Source: Azolla caroliniana
Taxonomy: Eukaryota > Plantae > Polypodiophyta
Assembly (NCBI GenBank): GCA_043228905.1
Contig: JBHGNT010000011.1
Coordinates: 1,798,001-1,862,000 of the forward strand
DNA: 64,000 bases
Direction of reading: 5' to 3'
Position numbers and translations under genes: made by a program. Every line of letters starts with the position of its first letter. Position 1 is the stretch's first letter. This document shows, piece by piece, positions 53,301-64,000 of this stretch. Under the pieces are notes generated by a model. That model ran no database searches, was not told the DNA's origin, and saw only the letters and a program-made list of their open reading frames with translations.

Positions 53301-53816
53301 GTCGGCATCATGGCCTTCTTGATAGTATCATCAGTGACCGTGGACCCTAGTTTGTATCGAAATTCTAGAAGCACCTTTTTAAAATGCTCAAGGTCACTTG
53401 TAACCTCTCCTTCGGCTACCACCCACAAACTGATGGCCAAGTAGAACGAACAAATCAAACGCTGGAGCAATATCTTCCGTGCTTTCTAAGCTATCATCAG
53501 GATAACTGGGCAGATATTCTCCACTTCGCCGAATTTGCCTATAATAACTCTATCCACGCATCAACTAAAGTTACGCCATTTTATGCTTATACGGGTTGTC
53601 ACCCCTGGTGGTGTGTATTTGAAACCCCAAAGTTGTCCACAAATCCTCGCATAGAGGATCGTTTAAAACGGTTATGCAAGGTACAAGCCGATTTATCTAC
53701 TCATTTCCAACAAGCTCAACAAACACACAAGGTTTACGCGGATCGTCATCGACTTCCATCCAGTTTTAACATTGGAGATCGGGTATGGCTACTATGACGA
53801 CACATCAAGACTACTC

Positions 53817-54083
53817 TGACGGGAACTGCACGCTCCCTATACGCAATGCTTGGCCACAACCGAGCTTAGAGTCATACACAGAAAACGGGAAATAATGAAC
53901 GACACGAAGAAGGGACGAGTACGCAGGATGTTTACGTGGAAAACCCAAACTAAGGGAAAACCACGGCAGCCCACGGGCTGCAAACTATCACTATGTTAGA
54001 ATGTACAACAGTGAGTTCACGGAGGCAACGACCTCGTGCTCACGATCCTCGCCACAGGCGGCGGTTACAACAGAGGCAACGAC

Positions 54084-54124
<41 letters not shown>

Positions 54125-55377
54125 CACTGTGACGCGCTCTCTCTCTCCTTGCACCAACAAGAATGACAACCACAACTAAAAGATTGCCCTAAGTCATATT
54201 TATACTAATATGACTTTTCGGCTATTTACAAGTATAGCCATGATGGACTCTCAGAAACATATTTACGAATATGTCTCTTCATCCGGTGAGCACTCCTCAC
54301 CGGGTCTGCACCATTCGGATCTCTGTAGCCGGGTACTCCTCATCCGGTTCTCACCGGGTCTGTGCACCATCCGGCTCTCCGTAGCCGGGTACTCGTCATA
54401 CGGTTTCGACACTGCTCTTCTCCCTTCCCATCCGGAGGGACCTGTCTCCCAACAAACTCCCCCTTCACTCTGGCATGGGGTGTCTTACTAGTCCGATCCT
54501 CTTCCGGCATGCATCCAGCTTGTCGGGTATCAGCACTTTGGTCAGCATATCTGACCCGTTCTCGGCCGTGTGGATCTTTGTTAGTGCGAACTCCTGGTCA
54601 TCTACTCTTTCCCGGATCCAGTGATATCTTCGTTGGATATGCTTCGTCCGGGAATGGTAGGCCGCATTCTTAGCAAGATGGATGGCACTTTGACTGTTGC
54701 AATAGAGTCGGTATTCATCTTGCCGGATACCGAGCTCTCCGTTGAAGTCCTTCATCCATAATATTTCCTTGCCGGCTTCCACAACTGCCATATTTGAAGT
54801 GCCCTTCAAATACCGGAGTATCCATTTGACTGCATTCCAGTGCTCCTTGCCGGGATTGCTCATAAACCGGCTCACCACTCCGACTGCGTATCCTATGTCC
54901 GGTCGGGTACACACCATTGCGTACATCAAGCTCCCGACGGCAGAGGCATATGGAATCTTCATCATATCCGCCTTCTCTGCTTTCGTCTTCGGGCTTTGCT
55001 TACCGAATAGCCTGCAGTTTGCCGGAAGTGTCGATCCGACCGATTTCGCATCTGACATGTTGAACCGCTGAAGCACCTTTGTCACGTACTTCTCCTGTGA
55101 CAGCCATAATTGCTTCATTGACCAGTTCCGAATAATATGCATCCCCAACATCTGTCTTGCCGGACCCAAGTCTTTCATTGAGAAGGTCCGGTTGAGAGCC
55201 TTCTTCAGCATCCATATTTTGGCTTGGTCCCGTCCGACGATCAACATGTCGTCCACGTACAGAAGGAGTATCAGGAAGTCGCCTCCTCCGAACTTCTTCA
55301 CAAACACGCAGTGATCGGCTTGCATCTTGTGGTACCCTTGATCAGTCATGAAGGAATCGAACTTCCGGTACCATTGC
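53817..55377 (-). mobile_element. Ty1/copia 3' part (RT/RNase H with internal deletion, PPT, 3' LTR), related to 39160-41196
   Basis: The LTR is 53817-54454 and the PPT is 54455-54465. ORF 54465-55349 reads LLLYVDDML..YAMVCTRPDI..YHSRTKHI, and KGTSN is fused directly to MAVVEA, so the RNase H N-terminus is lost. Confidence 0.88.
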
Positions 55378-55585
55378 TGTTGTCGGTTTTAGGGTTAACA
55401 TTTATGATGATTGGTGATAAGCATTCAGAGATTGATGATGACATTGATAGTGATGAAGATGGAAATGGTGATGGCGATAAGAATCATTGTGGGTGATAGC
55501 ATGATGCGCATTGAGAAGCATTGCGGGGTGGGGGGTGGTGCCTAGAATGGCTCCACCCCCCTCCCAAGGGGGTTCAACGTTGAGG

Positions 55586-55622
<37 letters not shown>

Positions 55623-57242
55623 AAAGAGAGATAGAGAGAAATGTTCCTTCATGTTTCATTCATTCTCCATAAGGGGGTTAAATAGTACAAGAGGGGGTAG
55701 ATACAAAGGGGTGAAAGCCCCCTAGAGCATTCATATTGGACACTCACTCACACCTCATCGTATCCCTCCACATGCACACACGTGTGCATGTGTTCACATA
55801 CATATCGACTCACAATTACATTTATGTTCCCTACACATATACAACATCATCATGATACTATTCGACCCTCGCTCATCACACTTGACTCTCCGTACAGCTC
55901 GTACGGGGTAACACAATATGGCACGGCCGTGGGAAAGTGCCTTGCACGTCGATCCCACATGCCTTGATGATGATATCTCTTCGACCGAAACTTCCATCGG
56001 TCCTTTCAACGATCGACTCCCTCGATCGGAGTGCTTGACTCGAACATCTTTGTCGGTCAGCAAATCTTTCCGCGACACGAACAGTCTCATTCTGTCGGCT
56101 TACGAACTTTTTCATGGGTCTAAAATCATGTCGTGTATATGTATGTTATTCCTTTGTTTTGAGTGTGTGTGAGTAGTATTGGGGATTTTCAAAATTTTGG
56201 TGGTGCCCTCTTGTTTTTTTAAAATTTTTGATATGTACCCTCAAACTTTGAAAATTTCATTCAGTATCCCCAAGTTTCTGAAATTTTAGGCTGCTACCCT
56301 CAACAGTTTAAAATTTCTTCGCATGCCCCTTTCTTCTCTTTTTCCCTCTCATTTATTTTTTCTGTTTGCTTCTTACATTTTCTCCCGCGTGTTGTCTACA
56401 TCTTCTTCCTCCTTCTTGGTGTTAACCGTTGCTTCTTCTCCTATTCCTGTCTTTCTTTTCCTTCTTCTCTGTTTGTGCTACCCTGTCCTTTCTTCTCCTT
56501 CATTCTTTTTTTCTTCCTTCTGCTCTATTTCTCCTCTTATTTTCTGATTTTCTTCTTCTTTCTTTTCTAATTCTGCCTTCGGTGGTTGTCGGCTTTGTCC
56601 ATGGTCTCTGTCTCTCTGCTCAGCCATTGGTTGTTTGGCCACTCTGACCATTTCAGTTCCTCCTGCCACTCCATCTCTGTCTCCGGCACCATTGCCGTCG
56701 TGGTCTCCGTTCTGGCGTCGTTCAGCCACTCTGACCGCTCTCCGGCCGGCGCTTTTCCGGCCTCTCGTCAGTCTCTATCGTTGTCGCTATTCTGGGCATC
56801 GATCCGGCCTGTTCCGGTCGTCTCCATGTTTGTCATTGTCCGGTCCATCGTCCCGGGGGCCTGTCTGCTTCCCCAGCCTTGTCCGGCTGCTCCAGCCACT
56901 GTCCGGCTATTTCGACCGGTTTCCGGCCCTTCTGGCCGCTCTTTCCATTGTCTGGCTCTGTTGGCCATGTCTGTCCGGTCCATCTCCAGATGTCTAGCTC
57001 GCCGGCCTTGTCGGCCCTGCTGTCTTTTGGTCACGTGTCCGGTCCGTCCGTTTGTGTGGTCGCCTATTCGGCCCATTTGTCCCATCCTACTGTGTATTGT
57101 GTCTTTTTGGTCGCCTTTGTCTAGTGCATCCGTCTGTATCTTTCCGGCGTTGCTGGTTGATTTCTGGTTTGCGTCTGCATCTCCATCTCCGTCTTCTTTG
57201 ACCCTTCGGTGTTAACCAACTTGGGTTCTGGTTCTGATTTCG
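55378..57242 (-). mobile_element. 3' part of a second non-autonomous element related to 26716-29720
   Basis: LTR 55378-55913 shares the CCCCCTTGGGAGGGGG..CTAGG..ACCCCC segment and the TGTTACC start (minus strand) with the 26716 LTR. The same tRNA-Arg-like end lies at 55919-55958. The non-coding interior is similar in composition to 28330-29440. Confidence 0.75.
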
Positions 57243-60200
57243 TGTTACGGGCATGACCATATAATATCCCGTGGTAAGAATTTACCGTAGTATTCTATAC
57301 ACGTGGATAAGTGTGAGGGTTAAATGAGAGTGTAAAGAAGGGGAGGATTACTTTTAATCCTCGGGATTGAGACAACCCATTAGGTCAAGTGTGAACTTGC
57401 CTGGGGGCCTTGGGTTTCGCTATAAATAAGAGGCCTAGCTACCCTCATTTGATCATCTTTTGACTACATCGAGACTCTGCTCGTGTGGTGGGTCAACTCT
57501 TGTAGCGAGCGCGCCAGCACCAGGTACGACTCGACGCCACAGCGGTGGTATGGGACGCCGATCGAGGCTTGAGTCCGTCTCGATCCCTTCGCTCGGGGGT
57601 GGTCGGGTGGATCGGCACCCTTCTTTCTCTTTCTCCTTTCTATCTATCTTTTCATTATCCTTATCTTAAGCTTACGTTAGTACCAAGATCTATAATATTT
57701 GGTATCAGATTTTTGTACTAATGTTTCTTTGTTTTTCATTTGTCTTTTGATTGATGCTGATCGATCGTTGTGCGGTTGGCCTTGATCCAGACAACGATCA
57801 ACAAAGAACTTCGGTAACTCTTTCCATATTTTTTTTTCTATTCTCTTTTCTCCCATCTAATCATGTGTTTAGTTTATATGTAATTTTTTTTCATTAAGTC
57901 AATGATGTTGTAGTGGTCTTTAATTGATTATCTAAAACGTTTACATATGTGCACGGGGTCAATACCTCGTTTGACATGTTAATAATATGTGATGAGTGTC
58001 GTATGCGTACGAGGTTAATACCTCAATTACGTATTACGTTCACGAACATATGTTCCGTTTGCGTATGAGTTTAATACCTTGATTTGTTGTAAACGATATG
58101 CGTTTGGTCTCGTATGCGTAAGAGGTCAATACCTCCATTGCGTATTACGATGATGTCTTATTTGTGGATGTTTCGTGTGCGTAGAGGTATATACCTCGAT
58201 TACGTATCTCGATCACATCATTTGTGGCTATTTAATATAACGATATGTTTAATATAGGCATATGTGGTCACATATATACGTATTTGATCGTATATATGTG
58301 ATAAGTAAACATATGTGTATATTCGTTATTACGTGATTATATCGAAAGTTGTCCTTGTCGGGAAAAGGATGTTGGTGGCCGTCCTCACATTTTTGTGAGA
58401 ATGGCGTTGTCACCATCCCTTTTTCAACATTTTTTTATTGTTGATAACCCCATTGACGACCTCGATTTCGTTACGTAAATAGCCAAAATGATGTTGAGTA
58501 CGTAGGGCTTGACCCACTTCAAGTGAGGTCGCTCCAATGACGCACGTATCCAACATCCCTCCCTCGTTACATGGATACGATGCCACCATGAGCTCGTTCT
58601 TACGAGAGGCATTCGTAATGACGTGACCATGTGATGGCCCACGTGAGCCTACTACGAAACGAGGGCTCATTTGGCTTCACCATTAGGTTGCACTTTGGCG
58701 TATGCCATCGTAATTACGAGACTTGAGGTTAGGTAACGTACCAACATAGTTTTGGTAAATGAGGGCGAAATAAGGACCTTGACATATATGTTCTTTTAAA
58801 AAAACGTATATGATCAATTGCCTCGCATATCTCTTATACGCATCAAACATTAAACATTCGAGAAGAGCAATTTACTTGGTTGGCTCAAGTGTTTAATGTA
58901 TTTGTTCTCGAGGTCTCGAGTTCAAATATGACCAAGACCATACAACATCCTTGATACATATGACTATAACACATGTTTAGACTTAAGGTCTAAGTGCACC
59001 TCGGGGTCCTCGTAATAGGACTTAAAGAGCCGAAACCACTTATGTGGGCACCGAAACATAGTTTATTGTTAACATTTTTTTTCGTGTATAAACTATTCAT
59101 GACGCGAACATACATGGTTGAGCCTCGGGGAGCCACCATGAAAAAATCGATATAGAGATCAGGGAAAGACATTTATTTGTCACCCCCATGGTTTTTAAAA
59201 CACCTTTGTGTTACCATAGTAACCTGATCTTGAACCTCATCTCATACGTCTAGAGGGGTATTGACGTGAGATAATGATATCGATTAATGCTCGCCCATGA
59301 TATGTTTACATCACGACATGATGTTATGACTATATCTCTGACCTTATCCTATTTCTTTTCCAGAAATAATCTTTAATGGCTCAAATTAACGACCCGATGT
59401 CATCCGCTCAAGCGGAAGGAACTCAAGGGAATCCTCTTGGACAAATGTCCACTGAGATGTATTTGGCACAAATAACCCAATTCCTTAGTTTCACCGCTCA
59501 ACAGATGACCGAACTTCGGCAATCTCAGAGTGCTCTTGAGGCACGTGTCATTAGTCTACAACGTGAGACTAATAGACCTGATGAGCGACAAGGTGAACCA
59601 TCATTTGTCGTTAAGCCATTTACGGGAGACAAAAAGGAAAGAACCGAAGAAGCAATCTGCACATGGCTGGGACGATGGGAGTCTCATTTTGAGCTCTATC
59701 CCACGCCAGATAGTACGAAGATTGCATATGTTGGCCGAGAACTCGGGGGTAAGGCCGCCGCCTGGTGGCGTGGCCTCCGTACTATGGGGAAATTGCCCGA
59801 TACCTGGACAGATTTTGTCACGGTTTTTAAGGGCCAATTTCTGCAACCTCCCTCTCGAACCGAGGCAGCACAAGCTTTAATGAACCTCTCTAGCAGGAAA
59901 TTTTCCTCGCTAGAAGACTATGTTCACCATGCTAGAACCCAAATCCAAAAATCGGGTCTAGAAGGGGACAATTGGTTGATAGCTTGTTTTGTCAATGGCA
60001 TCCCCAATTCGGACTATCACTGGATAGTGCACGATAAGGATCCAAAATCCTTCGAAGAGGCCGTTGAAATAGTTCTTCGCTATCAACGCACTTCGAAGAA
60101 GGACCATAACAAACCCAACGAAGCGCCCGGGACTAAGCAGTCGCAATTTGTTGGGAAACGCAAGACACCCAACGAATTCCTGGATCGCGATTGTAAGCGA

Positions 60201-63200
60201 CAACATCCTTTTTGTGTATTCTGCAAAAAGAAGGGTCATACAAAAGATCAATGTCGAAAGCTCCAACGTAAAGAGCACGACAACAAAGCTAAAGCTGCAG
60301 ACCATAAAGGTCAGATTCCTAATGTCCTTCAGGTCTATACACACCATTTAAGTAATTGTCAATGTTCTTTTCCTCACTATGTATTGGGTCCCAATGATTT
60401 ACTACGTGCAAACGGGTATATCAATGGATCTCCCGTACAATTTTTATTTGATTCGGGAAGCTCACACAATTTTGTGAATGATCGTTTGGTTCAGATATGG
60501 GGAATCCAACCCACCGTAAGTGATCACACCTACACGGTGCACTTGGCTGATGGAAGAGTACAATACATCAACGGGGCGATTCATTCATTAGGAATTTCTA
60601 TTGATACTTATATAGAGGAAGTAGACTTCCATGTAATGAATCTTTGTACCACCGATGTAATACTGGGTTATCCCTAGTTTTATAATAAAAACTCTTCTTT
60701 ATTTATTGATTGGGTTCGTCATTCCATTTCTTTTGTACTGAACGATTGTACGCATTTTATTCAATGTGTAAAAAAACAATCCCTCTCGATTGTTTCCTCG
60801 TGTCCATCAATATCCGAGTTGTCTTGTTCTACGTTATTTTATTGTGTACTTGATCCGGACATTCACGTTTACAATATCGATAATGTCCCGATTCAATTAA
60901 CATATTTTGAACAACAACAACTTGATGAAATCTTAAATGATTTTCATGATGTGTTTCCAAGTGAACTACCTGATGGGTTACCTCCTAAACGTAATATAGA
61001 CCATCGTATAGATATTGTACCTGGTGTTGCACCAATAAGTATACCTCCGTATCGCTTAAGTCGATCCGAAGAAGATGAGGTATCTAAGCAACTCAAGGAC
61101 TATTTACGAATGGGTTATATACGTTATAGTAAATCTCCATGGGGTGCACCAGTTCTCTTGGTTAAAAAGAAAGAGGGCACATGGCGTATGTGTATTAATT
61201 ACCGACGCTTGAATAAAGTGACGATCAAGAATTCGTATCCATTGCCCCGGGCTGACGATCTAATTGACCGTCTCCAGGGAGCTCGGTATTTTACGAAACT
61301 TGATCTCCGTACTGGCTACCATCAAATACGAATAAGTGAGGACGATGTTCCTAAAACGGCATTTCGTACGCGCTATGGCCATTACGAGTTTTTGGTTATG
61401 CCTTTTGGTTTGACCAATGCTCCGGCTACTTTTCAACAAGAAATGAATGACATTTTCCGAGAACAACTTGGAAAATTTGTCGTTATTTTCTTGGATGATA
61501 TTTTAGTTTATAGCCGTACATTACAAGAACATGCTAGACATGTCCGCTTTGTTTTACAAACATTGCGTGACAAACAGTTTTATGCGAAGATCTCAAAATG
61601 TGAGTTCTTCAAGAAATCAATTACTTATCTAGGACATCTCATAACCGAACGAGGAGTTGAAATTGATCCTTCTCGCATTGAGAAAATCAAGCTTTGGCCC
61701 ACTCTTCGGAATATTCGAGAAGTTCGATCATTCCTTGGTTTTGTGGGGTTTTTGCGAAAGTCTCTTCGTAATTACTCCCAATTGACGATGCCGTTTACTG
61801 ATCTTTTAAAAGGTCAAACGCGTAAGTCTACAAAACCTATTGTGTGGAATGCTACACTAGACCTTGCATTTAAGGAACTCAAGGACCTAGTTTGCAAGGC
61901 TCCTTCACTTCTTTTACCTGATCCTTCAAAACCTTTTGAGGTTGAAACCGATGCAAGCGATTATGCTATAGGTGCTGTCTTGTATCAAGATGGTAAACCA
62001 ATAGCATTCGAGAGTAAGAAACTTGATTCTGCTCAATGTCGGTATACCGTTCAAGGAAAGGAATTATTTGCAGTTATACATGCGCTCAAAACATGGCGCC
62101 ATTATCTTTATGGAAATCACTTTGTGGTAACTACGGACCACGAGTCCTTGAAATATTTTTGTGACCAACAAGACTTGAAAGGTCGTAAGGCACGATGGGC
62201 TGATCTCATCCAGGACTTTGATTTTTCCATACGATATCGTAAAGGTTCCATGAACACTGTCGCTGATGCACTAAGTCGCATCCGTGAAGTTAACACGCTT
62301 AGCTTCACTGAAATATCATCAGATCTTTATGATCACCTTTGAGGAAAGTATCCTGATGACAGTTATTTCGCAAAATACTGGGCTAGAGTTGAGTCTGGAA
62401 CAGACACCACCACATCCTCGAAGGAATACTTCCACATTGCTAACGGTTTGCTCTACCGTAATGGGAAGGTTTGTGTTCCAGATTTACCCGAGGTCAAAAA
62501 GAGGATTCTTTTTGAATGCCATGATGCACCCTCAGCAGGGCACCCTGGAATACATCGTACACTCGTTCTCATCTCCACTCAATTTTATTGGCTTAAGATG
62601 CGTCCTGACATACATAGCTATGTGACTAAATGTCACCAGTGTCAGGTTAACAAAGCCGAGCGACTTAAAGCCGCAGGACTTTTACATCCCTTGGACATTC
62701 CCAATAATAAGTGGGAAAGTATATCCATGGATTTTATTGTTAGCCTTCCTCGCACCCAAAAAGGTCATGATGCCATCTGGGTTGTCATTGATCGACTAAC
62801 TAAAATGGCCAGATTTATTGCTACTAAAACCACGGTAACAGCTCCTGAATTGGCTTACCAATTCGTTGACGAATTGTTTCGTTTTTATGGGTTACCGATG
62901 GATATCGTGAGTGATCGAGATCCAAAGTTTACTAGTGACTTCTGGACACAAGTCTTTAAGCAGTTAGAAACTACGTTGAGCATGAGCTCCACGGATCATC
63001 CTCAATCCGATGGACAGACAGAACGAGTAAATCAAATTATTGAGGACATGCTTCGAGCATACGTTGGTGCAAAACCAACAAAAGGGGAACGTTATCTCCC
63101 AATTTTGGAGTTTGCTTATAACAGCTCCAAGCATACGTCGACGGGATATAGTCCTTTTATGTTGATGTATGGTTTTCAGCCACGAGCCCCGATTGATGTT

Positions 63201-64000
63201 ACTATACATCATGATGAGTTGCGAAGTACGCAAAACTTTCTTCGGGATATGCAAGATATGTTGCATATTGCACGAGATAATATAAAAACAGCTCAAGATA
63301 GAGCGCGTTTTTATGCCGATCATCATAGGCAACCTCGTGTATTCAACCCTGGACAGAAGGTATTTTTACGTGTACCTCACAATTCTAAGACATTGTCTAC
63401 GGGTAAGTGCGCTAAGTTAGCCCCACGGTTTTGTGGACCTTTTACAGTCCTCAAACGCATTGGGTCATCAGCCTATCGTCTCGCTCTTCCCGATGGTGTC
63501 GGAATTCATCCAGTCTTTCATGTGAGTCGTCTAAAAGAACTTCTAGGTTCTGGCGACAATACAGTTACGACTGAAACTCTGGTTACTTCTGAAGCATTAT
63601 CTTCTAAACCACATGTACCAGAAAGAATTCTCGATGTTAAAACAAAAAAATTACGTACTAAAGAAATCCGAGAATTCAAAATAAAATGGATGGATAAATC
63701 AATAAAAGATGCCACATGGGAACGCGAAAATACTCTTAGAACTAACTTCCCTAACTTTCCATTGCAAGAGTGCAATGTTTTAAAGAGGGGGAGTATGTTA
63801 CGGGCATGACCATATAATATCCCGTGGTAAGAATTTACCGTAGTATTCTATACACGTGGATAAGTGTGAGGGTTAAATGAGAGTGTAAAGAAGGGGAGGA
63901 TTACATTTAATCCTCGGGATTGAGACAACCCATTAGGTCAAGTGTGAACTTGCCTGGGGGCCTTGGGTTTCGCTATAAATAAGAGGCCTAGCTACCCTCA
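57243..64000 (+). mobile_element. Near-intact chromovirus (Ty3/gypsy with chromodomain); 3' LTR runs off the window
   Basis: The 5' LTR is 57243-57697, the iMet PBS TGGTATCAGA is at 57700, and the PPT AAAGAGGGGGAG is at 63782-63793. The 3' LTR starts at 63796, with 1 difference from the 5' LTR seen over 205 bp. Confidence 0.93.
59376..63809 (+). pseudogene. Single-frame gag-pol (Gag-CCHC, PR, RT, RH, IN, chromodomain) with two premature stops
   Basis: ORFs 59376, 60819 and 62448 share one frame, with stops only at 60675-60677 (TAG, likely from TGG) and 62340-62342 (TGA, likely from CGA). Motifs include CVFCKKKGHTKDQC, FDSGS, FLDD, ETDAS, HPQSDGQTER and PERILD..KW...DATWE. Confidence 0.9.

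Larger units (their letters stand above)
41197..53816 (+). mobile_element. Tcn1/Tf1-like chromovirus-type gypsy element (self-priming), degenerate, carrying two nested insertions; 3' end displaced
   Basis: The 5' LTR is 41197-41630 (TGTCA..TGACA). Gag lies at 41787-42340, 46565-46853 and 50370-50520 (KFDG.R..FRGFL, PMEID, CxxCxxxxH). Protease has LLDS at about 50820, RT reads [17 protein letters not shown], and RNase H and integrase (YHPQTDGQVER) follow. Confidence 0.88.

Noticed and set aside
56323-57215. Several overlapping ORFs of up to 209 aa (similar ones at 28336-28994)
   Set aside because: They lie in the low-complexity, stop-poor interior of the non-autonomous element. The frames are not conserved between the two related copies.
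57945-58215. CRISPR array (palindromic repeats with variable spacers)
   Set aside because: The context is a eukaryotic retrotransposon leader, the repeats are degenerate, the spacers are partly related to each other, and there are no cas genes.
60675-62342. Programmed stop-codon readthrough in the chromovirus gag-pol
   Set aside because: The stops fall within the protease end (GYP-W) and the RH-IN linker, not at the gag/pol boundary. Both are simple G>A or C>T transitions typical of methylation decay.

Overview
This is eukaryotic nuclear DNA from a land plant. A non-seed plant such as a fern is inferred from the PLS-PPR fragment style and the Tcn1-like and fungal-like gypsy lineages. The left 26 kb holds two intact intron-containing genes on the minus strand: a papain-like (C1A) cysteine protease (4 exons, 374 aa) and SUMO-activating enzyme subunit 2 (SAE2/UBA2, 11 exons, 616 aa). 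Between them sit old TE remnants and a miniature gypsy element carrying a hAT-type MITE. The right 38 kb is almost entirely a deeply nested stack of LTR retrotransposons (copia, gypsy, chromovirus and non-autonomous derivatives). The most unusual signal is a gypsy lineage (3 copies) in which the polypurine tract before the 3' LTR is replaced by the 3' end of tRNA-Arg, i.e. an inverted second PBS, suggesting tRNA priming of both cDNA strands or a self-complementary primer mimic. Other notable signals are an antisense tRNA-like Pol III A-box/B-box cassette in the U3 of three LTR families, a very young gag-only element encoding an unusual 673-aa Gag, and a Tf1-style self-priming chromovirus with a perfect heat-shock element. 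All coordinates were read by hand and no searches were run.
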